A DNA stretch of 64,000 nt from Nitrosopumilaceae archaeon (GTDB lineage: Archaea; Thermoproteota; Nitrososphaeria; Nitrososphaerales; Nitrosopumilaceae): assembly GCA_965214835.1 (NCBI GenBank), contig CBDCCK010000002.1, forward strand, positions 2,880,001 to 2,944,000, in the 5' to 3' direction. Numbering within the stretch: the first letter of the stretch is position 1; each line of letters starts with the position of its first letter. A model generated the notes under the pieces. The model worked only from the letters and a program-made list of their open reading frames with translations. It was not told where the DNA came from and did no database searches. The position numbers and the translations under genes are program-made. Positions 1 to 10,257 of the stretch are shown here, piece after piece.

Positions 1-316
1 TGCTGGACTCGACTAGCCTCCGCCCTATTCCCCGGTTTCGGTACCTTTCAAGCACGATCAGCTCGGGCATATACAGCTCTGTGCTTTTGTGGTTTAGCCT
101 TGGCAGAAACACAAGGCTTGCCATGCCGGCAATATCCACGTCATCTACCACCGCAACAAGAACCTGCTTGTCTGAGTCCCTGATGTACCGCCTGACCAGC
201 CTCCTAAAGTCATCCACATCAGAGTCCTGCCTCGGTCTTGGACGGCCCAGCTCATAAGACATTCCAAGAATCAATGGGACGTCGTTCTCAGATGCAGGCC
301 GGATATCTATCTCCAT
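1..316 (-). CDS. GNAT family N-acetyltransferase (runs off the window edge)
   Basis: Manual translation from ATG at 316: MEIDIRPASENDVPLILGMSYELGRP...LYMPELIVLERYRNRGIGRRLVESS, with GNAT motif A (R/Q-x-x-G-x-G). Absent from the ORF track because it is truncated. Confidence 0.85.
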   Translation of the reverse strand, partial: MEIDIRPASENDVPLILGMSYELGRPRPRQDSDVDDFRRLVRRYIRDSDKQVLVAVVDDVDIAGMASLVFLPRLNHKSTELYMPELIVLERYRNRGIGRRLVESS

Positions 317-359
317 CAGATAAACAAGAAGCGAGTGGAATAAAAATTCACTTGAGCTT

Positions 360-670
360 GCTGGAAACTTCCTCTTTTGCGAGGCAGCCAATACGGACGT
401 GTTTTTTGACTTTCTCAGGGCGCTGCGCCTCAAGTACGGCAAGGCGCTGCGGTTTGTAGACAATGCGTCGCACCACAAGTCGAGGGAACCCAAGGGAAGG
501 ATGGACGAGTGGAACATGGACGTGGCAAGGTACCTGCCCCGTACACGCCGGAGACGAACCGGATGGAGGTGCAGTGGCACAGGCTCAAAAAGACAACTAC
601 AAACTGGCTGTATCCGGACACCGACAGCATGTAAAAGTCAATACGCCTCATGCTGCGCAGTGGCTAGATA
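360..670 (+). pseudogene. IS630-family transposase C-terminal fragment, frameshifted
   Basis: FFDFLRALRLKYGKALRFVDNASHHKS resembles the DDE_3 segment of the IS630 copies at 12902 and 59971. Confidence 0.8.
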
Positions 671-849
671 AAGGTAGTAGAAATGAGCGAATGGCTGACG
701 TGAATACTGTGGACTGCCACTGCGTCAATGTTTTCAACTGTCAGGTATCTGGACAATGATGGTGGCAAATCACTCACTTTGCAGATACATCTCAACGGAA
801 TCAAGAATCTCCCTATGGCGGGCCAGGGAGTGCAGTCTGCCTGAATCAG

Positions 850-1450
850 GCAGGTTGCCATCAAGCCGCATTCTTGAAGGAATCGTCCAAAGAGTCGGGC
901 TCCGCTACCTCATACAGGCAAAGGCGGTGCAGCACTGGATTCACGGATACGTCAAGAACCCGGAAGACGGCACAGTCGAGATTGTGCGCAAGTGAGGACG
1001 CTGAGACATCGGCGCAATGCTCGAATCCATAAGAAACCTTCCAAGGCCCGTCCTGATCAGAAACATCCGATCCGAGTATTAGACATTATGTGTAATCGGT
1101 GCAGATCAAAAAAATCAGGTAGCTTTTACGCCATTTTTGGCAAATACGCATAAGACCTATTCAGAAGGTACGAGCCGGTGCCCGACTTTTCGCATAGAAC
1201 ATGACGGACTAGACGAGGAACTGTCAAAGAACATGTCGCCATAGAACCAAACGCTTCTCAATGATGCGCGCATCCTTGTGGATGAGGCCAAGGGGTTTCA
1301 GTACCAGCTCCATGTATTTAAAATCCATAGATTCAAAGCAGAACCAGACGGTAGGAGAGATACGCCAACTATCCTCCAATGTCAGCGACATGCTAGATTC
1401 TAAATTTCAAAAGCTGGAAAACGAGATGTTCAAGATGGAGATCTGGGGGC
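850..1450 (+). pseudogene. Long-form acylphosphatase, decayed and interrupted by a MITE
   Basis: ILEGIVQRVGLRY...GYVKNPEDGTVEIV matches the acylphosphatase G-x-VQ-x-VG-x-R / N-x-x-DG-x-V motifs. Fragments continue across the MITE at 1082-1157 into a coiled-coil tail. Confidence 0.65.
1082..1157. mobile_element. MITE family A (76 bp, IS5/ISL2-type ends)
   Basis: Ends GACATTATGTGTAA...TACGCATAAGACC resemble the GACCTTATGCGTAA TIR of the IS5 copies. Flanked by TA; reverse complement is similar to 15160-15235. Confidence 0.8.
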
Positions 1451-1825
1451 AGCAGGATCCGGCAGAGAGTATGTACATGATCAGTACAGAGGAGGATCGT
1501 TTGGTGTTCGCTTTGCAGCTGCCGGTTCTCTTTTTCAACCTTCTCCATCCTTTATGTGCTCAAACAGGCAGAGTACGTCTGGACTGTTCCAATCATACTC
1601 GTAATGCCAGGATCCCCGACCAATAATTGGAAAGCAAGTCCTGCAATCTTTATGTACTGTGATTTTTCCAAATCTTCCTACTGGCCAGAGGTGTTGCCCC
1701 GGAGGCTTCAGAGGTGGCAAAATTCACGCTTGCACTTCCAGAGCCCGAGCTGTTGCAAATCAGCAGAATCAGCATTACAAAAGCCCCGATCGTGCCATCC
1801 CGCAGGTATTCCTCAAAATATTAGG

Positions 1826-1900
1826 CGGGCCCGACCGGATTCGAACCGGCGACCTAACGCTCCGCAAGCGTTCGCACTATCCATGCTATGCAACGAGCCC
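1826..1900 (-). tRNA. tRNA-Arg(GCG)
   Basis: Cloverleaf GGGCTCG/CGGGCCC, D arm with GGA (A20), anticodon arm AACGC-TTGCGGA-GCGTT, T arm GCCGG-TTCGAAT-CCGGT. Confidence 0.92.
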
Positions 1901-1947
1901 AGATACACTTGGGGTATACAGGCTTAATTTGGATTGCGATTAGGCAC

Positions 1948-2130
1948 CTAGACATCTCTCATGCCCGCCTTGATTCTTGCAGGATGCTCGTCGGGAATTG
2001 GATCAAATCCATGCCCATCTCTTGCACGGGCACGTACGAGCTCGCCTGATCTTAAATCCAAGCTTTGCGCCAGCACGGACGGAATGACCACAAAAAATGA
2101 AGAGTTGTCCTTGATAGAATCTTTGCCCAT
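1948..2130 (-). CDS. Small AbrB/MazE-like DNA-binding protein (possibly decayed)
   Basis: SSFFVVIPSVLAQSLDLRSGELV fits the AbrB/SpoVT pattern (x-x-IP-x-x-x-x-x-x-L-x-L-x-x-G-D/E-x-V). Confidence 0.5.
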   Translation of the reverse strand: MGKDSIKDNSSFFVVIPSVLAQSLDLRSGELVRARARDGHGFDPIPDEHPARIKAGMRDV

Positions 2131-2700
2131 GTATTTTTTCCATGTCATCAGCAAATGTCGGGGATTCATAAGACTCTGATTCCAAAGGCGCCAAAACACG
2201 GTGCCAAAGGATCCAATCTCCAAGGGGCAGTGGTGGACTTTCAACTCGCGCTACTTTACAAAACACGAAAAACAAGACCAGAACGCCCGGGGCCCCTGAT
2301 CCCACCAGCCTTCTGGGACGTCAGAGTCGTCCCAGTCCCTTGTACCTTGCCTGAGTGAAAAATTCCCCCAGACTCCAGATGACCGTTCCAAACCGACGGC
2401 CGAAATATTTTCATGGGCTGAAACTATTACGATTAATCATGGATGATTAATTTTAAAATTACAATATCATGTCCAAAGGAATATCAAGAATCGTGACAGG
2501 AATCAAATGACACAACACAAGAAATGTCTGAGGGTATTGGATATTTCCCTTTCTATCCTGTCACGATATGCCACACATCTTGGAATCTTTTGAATCTTTT
2601 GATCATCAAAAATCTGTAGTCTAGTCATTCATCGACTGTTACAATATCACCTGAGAAAATTATACTCCCGGGCTCTCCTGTGACATTAATCGACACAATA

Positions 2701-5700
2701 GGCCTTATGCGTAATCGACCGGATCGAAATATTCCGACGGTGGCCGGCCACACATGCAAGGCTGACGGCATCACATGACGTGTATGAGCGCGGCAGAGTC
2801 CGTATATAGTGCAGCTACGGGCAGTTCCAGCTGGTAAAAACTACAGTATAGTGCGGCATCGTGTGGTGCCGCAATGCGTTCTGTATCGTGGTATCAGAAC
2901 CCATGCATGAGCTTCTTGTTCCGCTTGTCCCACAGCAGCCTAAAGTTGGCAAGCCCGGCCGTCACCTGGAACTCCCTGTCGAACTTCTCGGCAGTCCCGT
3001 CGTACGGATCACGCATCCGTTTGTACTGCTTGATGCGTCCTATGGCGTGCTCTACTGTCACCCTCTTGCTGCTTATCCTCCTGTTCTGCGCTTTCTGTTT
3101 CTTTGTAAGCTTGCCTTTCCTTGGCTTCTTGTTGGACTGCACGGATGTGACCCCGGGATACACCTCCTCGATTCCCACGTATCCCAGATCCGAGAACATC
3201 TTTACCTTCTCGTCCTCGGGGTGCTTTCTGTTACTGCGCATCCTGGCAGTCAGGATTCCCAGATCCGGTGGGTTGTTCTTTATCATGGTGAGGTCGTGCA
3301 CGCTTCCGGGAGCCGACTTGCTTGCATACATCGTCAGTCCCTTCTTGCCGGCAATCACCCGGGGTGTTGCGCGTAAAGCTCTTCTTCTTGCCCGAGTACG
3401 CCCCCCTTTCTTGGCTCCTTGTCTGTGGGGCGCTGTATGTCGATGTGTGTGCCGTCTACAATCACGGTCAGATCCGGGACGATCTCCCTGATCCCCTCGA
3501 TCGTGCGGGTGTTTCGTATCTTTCGCGATACGGCGTCCGGCGTGGGCAGTATCTTGAGAAATATCATGTCGCAATACCTGAGGTACCTGCATACGGTACT
3601 CTGGTCTATGCCAAAGAATGCCGCAAGCTGCTCCTGTGTCGGGTTTCCGTACTTGCGCATCAGCGACATCAGCAGGGCGTGGCGGTAGGACAGCAAGGAG
3701 AAGGCGCGGGGCAGGAAGGAGAGGATGCAGTACAGGAAGAAGATCAGAGAGTACGAGAAGAAGAGCAGGCAGGACGGCAGGAGGCACGAGCGGGATCAGG
3801 ATAGGATAGAACAGATGGAGCAGCGGCTGGACGCTGAGCGCCGGATGTGGCCCGCAACCTGGGATGACGACAGGCGCTCCGCGGACAACGCCGCCCTCAT
3901 GCACAGGCTCGAGGTGCTCGATGACATAATAGACGGCGGGTCCCTGCAACCCACCACGTCGATGAACCTCCGCCAGTTTGACTACATATATGACCGGTTT
4001 ACGAAGCTTGCCAAAAAGCACACAGAAGGCCCCCTGTTCTCAGAAGACGAGGACAACTTGCCCGGAAACCGGTGCAAGCTGTCCTACCGCCACGCCCTGC
4101 TGATGTCGCTGATGCGCAAGTACGGAAACCCGACACAGGAGCAGCTTGCGGCATTCTTTGGCATAGACCAGAGTACCGTATGCAGGTACCTCAGGTATTG
4201 CGACATGATATTTCTCAAGATACTGCCCACGCCGGACGCCGTATCGCGAAAGATACGAAACACCCGCACGATCGAGGGGATCAGGGAGATCGTCCCGGAT
4301 CTGACCGTGATTGTAGACGGCACACACATCGACATACAGCGCCCCACAGACAAGGAGCCAAGAAAGGGGGGCGTACTCGGGCAAGAAGAAGAGCTTTACG
4401 CGCAACACCCCGGGTGATTGCCGGCAAGAAGGGACTGACGATGTATGCAAGCAAGTCAGTACTTCCTAGATGTACTTTTGCAGACCCGACACGGCACCTC
4501 CGCTACTTTCCGCGATCGTTTACAAACGAGTCGGCCGCATCGACAATGCACGCGACAAACAGCATCATGGTAAACCCCTTCCCTCCTGCAAATCCGTCCC
4601 ACTTGGATTCCACGTCTATGAACACGGCAGTCCTCCACAGGTTGTACAGTATGACAGACATATAGAACAGCAGCAGCCTGACGACCGGGGAATTGCTGCA
4701 CGTCTTGCCCATTATCCCCTTGATCACCCTGAACCCGGTCTCGATTCCCCACCGACTGCGGTACTCCTCCGGTATCTGCTCAATGACTGCCTCTGCACTT
4801 TTAGCAGACATGTTGGTGGCAAAGACCAGATACCTGTCGGCTATGGTCTCTTCTGCCTTGTCCTTCTTTGCTGCTGCCGTGCCGTCCTTTTCTACCTCGT
4901 CCTTTTCCACAATGACTAGCCTGAATGTGGCGCTCTTGCCGTCCTTGTTGGTCATTGTATATTTTGATACCGCACCGCGTTCTCCGCGGTCATGCTCCTC
5001 TATTGCCGCCACTATCCTCCTGTTCTTGACGGCAGGCATGATGTAGCTGCCCGTGCTTGTTTCTGCAGCCCTCATGCAGTCCACGTTAAAGAACCCGCGG
5101 TCATACAGGAACGTCTTGATCCTCATCCCTGATCTGGACGCCTTGCGGATCATTTTAGGCACGAAATCGGCCAGTTTTGCCTCTTTTGGAAGCTGCAGCG
5201 AGGAAAGCACGAGGTCAGACCCGTCATCTGATCCTATTCCGTGCATGGTAATGTGCGAGAGAAACGTCGACGTGCCGTTCTTGGGCTTTGACTTTCTGGC
5301 GATATCCTCCAGGCCCTTGCCATAGTATTCCACGTCGGTAACGTCCACTGCCACGACGTCCGTGTTGTGCAGCATGCCTGACCTGCGGGCGCACCTTACC
5401 GTATGCTGCAGCATGGAGCTGCACCACTTTTGCGCATCATCCAGGCTGACGCCCCGGATCGCCTTTAGGATCCAGTCCGGACTAGGCGTACGGCAACTAT
5501 ACGCGCCGCCCTTGGAGGCAGCCCCGTCGTCATGCTGCTGCCTGCTGCATTTTGAGGCCCGCCTGCGAAGGTGCGTCACGGCAGATTCTGCAAACATCCT
5601 CCTCTCAGACATGAAATATAGAACGCGCAGTGCGTCGATGTGGTCATACACTGCGTTGCGACTCTTTGAGACGGCCAGCCCGAGCTTGGGAAACCGCCGT

Positions 5701-6491
5701 CGCAATGTTTTAAACTGTCTCGATGTTATGTCAAACTGGTGTGCAAACACGTCGTTTTGTGTTACTGACATGATGATGGTTGGCACACCGCCTGATCTAT
5801 AGTATGATGGTCAAAAAATCTCGGCAAATTGCGTAATTATCGTGCCTGCAAAAGTACATCGAGGAACTACTGAAGTCGGCTCCCGGAAGCGTGCACGACC
5901 TCACCATGATAAAGAACAACCCACCGGATCTGGGAATCCTGACTGCCAGGATGCGCAGTAACAGAAAGCACCCCGAGGACGAGAAGGTAAAGATGTTCTC
6001 GGATCTGGGATACGTGGGAATCGAGGAGGTGTATCCCGGGGTCACATCCGTGCAGTCCAACAAGAAGCCAAGGAAAGGCAAGCTTACAAAGAAACAGAAA
6101 GCGCAGAACAGGAGGATAAGCAGCAAGAGGGTGACAGTAGAGCACGCCATAGGACGCATCAAGCAGTACAAACGGATGCGTGATCCGTACGACGGGACTG
6201 CCGAGAAGTTCGACAGGGAGTTCCAGGTGACGGCCGGGCTTGCCAACTTTAGGCTGCTGTGGGACAAGCGGAACAAGAAGCTCATGCATGGGTTCTGATA
6301 CCACGATACAGAACGCATTGCGGCACCACACGATGCCGCACTATACTGTAGTTTTTACCAGCTGGAACTGCCCGTAGCTGCACTATATACGGACTCTGCC
6401 GCGCTCATACACGTCATGTGATGCCGTCAGCCTTGCATGTGTGGCCGGCCACCGTCGGAATATTTCGATCCGGTCGATTACGCATAAGGTC
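2701..6491. mobile_element. IS5-family (ISL2-like, DDE_Tnp_4) element rearranged into a fold-back, with a nested ISH3
   Basis: TIR G(G/A)CCTTATGCGTAA at both ends with flanking TA. 2701-3694 is the reverse complement of 4078-4456 plus 5877-6491. Transposase motifs IVDGTHIDIQRP, SDLGYVG, RVTVEHAIGRIK. Confidence 0.9.
4457..5872 (-). mobile_element. ISH3-family (IS4 superfamily) element, intact; transposase at 4503-5786
   Basis: TIRs CAGTACTTCCTAGATGTACTTTTGCAG / CTGCAAAAGTACATCGAGGAACTACTG; 4-bp TSD AAGT; 427-aa ORF with AVDVT, YDRGF and YRSRWGIETGFR. Confidence 0.92.
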
Positions 6492-6550
6492 TAGTCCCAA
6501 GCCCTATAATTTTCGTAAACTTAATACGTGCGGCACGCCATTGATCACAT

Positions 6551-6694
6551 ATGACACTGAGAGAGGTGGAACCACTGGATGATGAACAGTGGAAGATGTT
6601 GATCGATGCCTTGAACAAAGGACCCACGCCGGAACAAAGGCGGCTTTTGAGAAAGGCCATAGAGAACGGAAAGCAATTCAAGGTAATCCGGTAG
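6551..6694 (+). CDS. Putative antitoxin, DUF1778/TacA C-terminal-like (47 aa)
   Basis: MTLREVEPLDDEQWKMLIDALNKGPTPEQRRLLRKAIENGKQFKVIR; ends 15 bp before the GNAT gene. Below the ORF track cut-off. Confidence 0.6.
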   Translation: MTLREVEPLDDEQWKMLIDALNKGPTPEQRRLLRKAIENGKQFKVIR

Positions 6695-6709
6695 CTGGGC
6701 GGAGTCAGA

Positions 6710-7219
6710 TTGACGGTTCGTCCAGCCAATTTTTACAAGGACATACGCATTCACAGGTTGGGCAGGACCGGCTTTGTTCTGAATCGCTTTGAGTGCCGCA
6801 AGCAGCAGTACGCGGACTACCTGAGAGAGGGGGCTTTTGATGATCAGGCCAAGAAAGTCGGCCAGACCTGGCTTTTCGTATACAAGAAAGAGTGCGTGAT
6901 CGGCTATATCACGATTGCAATGGCACATCTGAGCAGACGCGAACACGGTAAACTGGAATCCTTTCCCCATTCCAACGTGCCGGGATTGCTGGTAGGACAG
7001 ATTGCCACGCACAGGAATTTCGAGGGTTTGGGCATTGGAAAGGCGATGATCGACTGGGCCGCTGCGCAGGCAAAAGAGTATCAAGAAGATATGGGCTGCC
7101 GGCTGATCATTGTCAATCCTGACAAGGACGTGGTCGGCTGGTATGAAAAAATAGGATTTGTACGCATACGGCACGAAAGAAAACAAGACATGATGTTCAT
7201 CGACTTGGACTGGGTTTGA
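6710..7219 (+). CDS. GNAT acetyltransferase, TacT/AtaT toxin-like
   Basis: FECRKQQYADYLREGA...VIGYITI...VPGLLVGQIATHRNFEGLGIGKAMI...WYEKIGF is the typical GNAT-toxin pattern. Confidence 0.8.
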   Translation: MTVRPANFYKDIRIHRLGRTGFVLNRFECRKQQYADYLREGAFDDQAKKVGQTWLFVYKKECVIGYITIAMAHLSRREHGKLESFPHSNVPGLLVGQIATHRNFEGLGIGKAMIDWAAAQAKEYQEDMGCRLIIVNPDKDVVGWYEKIGFVRIRHERKQDMMFIDLDWV

Positions 7220-7344
7220 AGATGCAAGCTGGCGGAGCCGGGCATGATCATACCAATATCGGCAGACGGAAACGTGCCGCACAAGAGCAGCCGCGACACT
7301 GCGGCGGAAAGGCAGATCCGTCATCTGCAGGAAGGGCGCATATA

Positions 7345-7420
7345 CGATCAGGAAAAGCGGCCCAAACGGATGGAGGAGGACACCGGTGATGATGCGACAT
7401 GATTTTCATATGAAACATAC
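7345..7420 (+). mobile_element. IS481 right-end remnant
   Basis: GATCAGGAAAAGC...CAAACGGATGGAGGA...GCGACATGATTTTC is similar to 48524-48590. Confidence 0.6.
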
Positions 7421-7468
7421 AAACTACCAGATCCCTACTTTTTTATAGAATGTCCAGATAGATTACGG

Positions 7469-7563
7469 CGTTGGCGACGGGAATTGAACCCGCATGAACG
7501 GCCCGTCTCGGGGCCACTCGCCGAGGTCTGAACTCGGTGGGCTTGCCAATGCCCAACGCCAAC
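7469..7563 (-). tRNA. Atypical tRNA-like gene, anticodon CAG, G73, 27-nt variable region
   Basis: GTTGGCG/CGCCAAC acceptor, GGGC/GCCC D stem with GG, CCGAG-TTCAGAC-CTCGG, 9-bp variable stem, GCGGG-TTCAATT-CCCGT T arm. Confidence 0.8.
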
Positions 7564-7771
7564 GTCATTTCTTGGACCTGCTTTGTATATTAGATTAGAA
7601 AAATGCGGGACTTTGGGTAATCATTCAGGAACGGCATTGTTGTACAGATTGACAGACTCAGAACACCATCCAGATTATACGGATTTTCCCTATTGCGATG
7701 TCATCCGAACCCATGAACAGGATGGAACCGGGTTCGTCACAAACATGATATGCAGAACATCACACGCGGCA

Positions 7772-8122
7772 CTATTTCAGACCAAGCCACTGGAGTCCTT
7801 TCAGGTCGGCAAAGAATTGCTTGTAGACTTCCGCCGGTGGCCGGTTATACGGAAAATTCTCAAGCACGTACAGCCTCTGGTCTATTATGCGCACCAACTC
7901 GAGTTGCTGGTTGACACTCAGGTTCTCATAATGCGTCACCTCCACTATGGCACCCTGCAGCTCAGACTGGAAGCGTTCAAACCACTTGTCACGCCAGAAC
8001 AGCTTGTCACTGTCACCCGGAACAGGATTTACGCGCGCTTCAATCTGCTTGAAAAACCTTCTGAGACTGGATATCTCCCTGCCTCTTTTTATTTTCCTGA
8101 TTGCTGCACGAGCGACATCCAC
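7772..8122 (-). CDS. Hypothetical protein (paralog at 37931), probably 5'-truncated by ISH3
   Basis: The C-terminal half aligns with the ORF at 37931-38173. Confidence 0.6.
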   Translation of the reverse strand: MDVARAAIRKIKRGREISSLRRFFKQIEARVNPVPGDSDKLFWRDKWFERFQSELQGAIVEVTHYENLSVNQQLELVRIIDQRLYVLENFPYNRPPAEVYKQFFADLKGLQWLGLK

Positions 8123-8153
8123 TATTATGACAACTATGATTCCCCCTGCAATT

Positions 8154-9570
8154 CAGTACTTCCTAGATGTACTTTTGCAGACCCGACACGGCACCTCCGC
8201 TACTTTCCGCGATCGTTTACAAACGAGTCGGCCGCATCGACAATGCACGCGACAAACAGCATCATGGTAAACCCCTTCCCTCCTGCAAATCCGTCCCACT
8301 TGGATTCCACGTCTATGAACACGGCAGTCCTCCACAGGTTGTACAGTATGACAGACATATAGAACAGCAGCAGCCTGACGACCGGGGAATTGCTGCACGT
8401 CTTGCCCATTATCCCCTTGATCACCCTGAACCCGGTCTCGATTCCCCACCGACTGCGGTACTCCTCCGGTATCTGCTCAATGACTGCCTCTGCACTTTTA
8501 GCAGACATGTTGGTGGCAAAGACCCTGGTACCTGTCGGCTATGGTCTCTTCTGCCTTGTCCTTCTTTGCTGCTGCCGTGCCGTCCTTTTCTACCTCGTCC
8601 TTTTCCACAATGACTAGCCTGAATGTGGCGCTCTTGCCGTCCTTGTTGGTCATTGTATATTTTGATACCGCACCGCGTTCTCCGCGGTCATGCTCCTCTA
8701 TTGCCGCCACTATCCTCCTGTTCTTGACGGCAGGCATGATGTAGCTGCCCGTGCTTGTTTCTGCAGCCCTCATGCAGTCCACGTTAAAGAACCCGCGGTC
8801 ATACAGGAACGTCTTGATCCTCATCCCTGATCTGGACGCCTTGCGGATCATTTTAGGCACGAAATCGGCCAGTTTTGCCTCTTTTGGAAGCTGTAGCGAG
8901 GAAAGCACGAGGTCAGACCCGTCATCTGATCCTATTCCGTGCATGGTAATGTGCGAGAGAAACGTCGACGTGCCGTTCTTGGGCTTTGACTTTCTGGCGA
9001 TATCCTCCAGGCCCTTGCCATAGTATTCCACGTCGGTAACGTCCACTGCCACGACGTCCGTGTTGTGCAGCATGCCTGACCTGCGGGCGCACCTTACCGT
9101 ATGCTGCAGCATGGAGCTGCACCACTTTTGCGCATCATCCAGGCTGACGCCCCGGATCGCCTTTAGGATCCAGTCCGGACTAGGCGTACGGCAACTATGC
9201 GCGCCGCCCTTGGAGGCAGCCCCGTCGTCATGCTGCTGCCTGCTGCATTTTGAGGCCCGCCTGCGAAGGTGCGTCACGGCAGATTCTGCAAACATCCTCC
9301 TCTCAGACATGAAATATAGAACGCGCAGTGCGTCGATGTGGTCATACACTGCGTTGCGACTCTTTGAGACGGCCAGCCCGAGCTTGGAAAACCGCCGTCG
9401 CAATGTTTTAAACTGTCTCGATGTTATGTCAAACTGGTGTGCAAACACGTCGTTTTGTGTTGGTATCATGATGATGGTTGGCACACCGCCTGATCTATAG
9501 TATGATGGTCAAAAAATCTCGGCAAATTGCGTAATTATCGTGCCTGCAAAAGTACATCGAGGAACTACTG
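8154..9570 (-). mobile_element. ISH3-family element, second copy, frameshifted near 8525
   Basis: Near-identical to 4457-5872, with GACCCTGGTACC in place of GACCAGATACC (+1). No TSD (AATT / ACAT). Confidence 0.9.
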
Positions 9571-9622
9571 ACATGGCCATAAAGACCCTTGCAGGCAATG
9601 TAGCCTGGGGGTAACCTCTTAC
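9571..9622 (+). mobile_element. IS66-like 3' end remnant
   Basis: AAGACCCTTGCAGGCAATGTAGCCTGGGGGTAACCTCTTAC mirrors the transposase C-terminus and TIR of 10258-11905. Confidence 0.65.
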
Positions 9623-9630
9623 CGCCGAGC

Positions 9631-9720
9631 GTAAGAGTTTACCCCATAGGCGACGTTGCCGACCAGAACCTTGATCACCGTGCCCACCACGCCGCATTTT
9701 CGGGAGGGGTAAATTCTTAC
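9631..9720. mobile_element. MITE family D (IS66-type ends)
   Basis: GTAAGAGTTTACCCC...GGGGTAAATTCTTAC inverted ends, 90 bp. Confidence 0.8.
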
Positions 9721-9745
9721 ATATCACTAAACTAACCCCTTTTTT

Positions 9746-10000
9746 ATGTCTCCAAACAAAATTAAGATAATCTCATATGTTTTATTGGGATATGGAATAT
9801 TTGGATTAATATCGATAATATTAGATCTATCAGGTTTCACATTAGCTGATGAAAATAATCTAGACAGATGGATTAACTTTAATCAAGATACTTTTGGTCA
9901 AACTATCTCAATATTGTATGCAGTTGGACCTTTAATTCCAGGATTGTTACTGCTTAGAAAATATCGAAAAACTTTAAGACCAACAAAATCCAATGTATGA
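9746..10000 (+). CDS. Small AT-rich two-TM membrane protein
   Basis: 84-aa ORF with two hydrophobic helices and a basic tail; homolog at 48610-48844. Confidence 0.65.
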   Translation: MSPNKIKIISYVLLGYGIFGLISIILDLSGFTLADENNLDRWINFNQDTFGQTISILYAVGPLIPGLLLLRKYRKTLRPTKSNV

Positions 10001-10257
10001 TAAGTACAAGTGGTACTAACACATCATTGTCAAAGGTCTCAGTACCTTAACCCTTTCTTTTTCATTATGAGAAAATTAACGATGTTGCTGATCACAGTAT
10101 TACCGTTATATGGAATTTTAATTTTGAACATCACATAACTCAAATGTAAAACGAGTTAGCAAAGCACGATTGCTCCCAACCAAAAGATCTAAAAGATGCG
10201 TTTGGTGACCTATTATCAGCAATGAAAACAAATCACTTGAAACGCAATATGTTAAAC

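Noticed and set aside
7469-7563. tRNA-Sec (TTCA in the anticodon loop, long variable arm)
   Set aside because: The stem register places CAG, not TCA, at 34-36, and the fold is 7/5 with a short D stem rather than the archaeal 9/4.
4457-9570. Composite transposon formed by the two ISH3 copies
   Set aside because: The first copy has its own TSD inside the IS5; the outer flanks (AAGT / ACAT) do not match.
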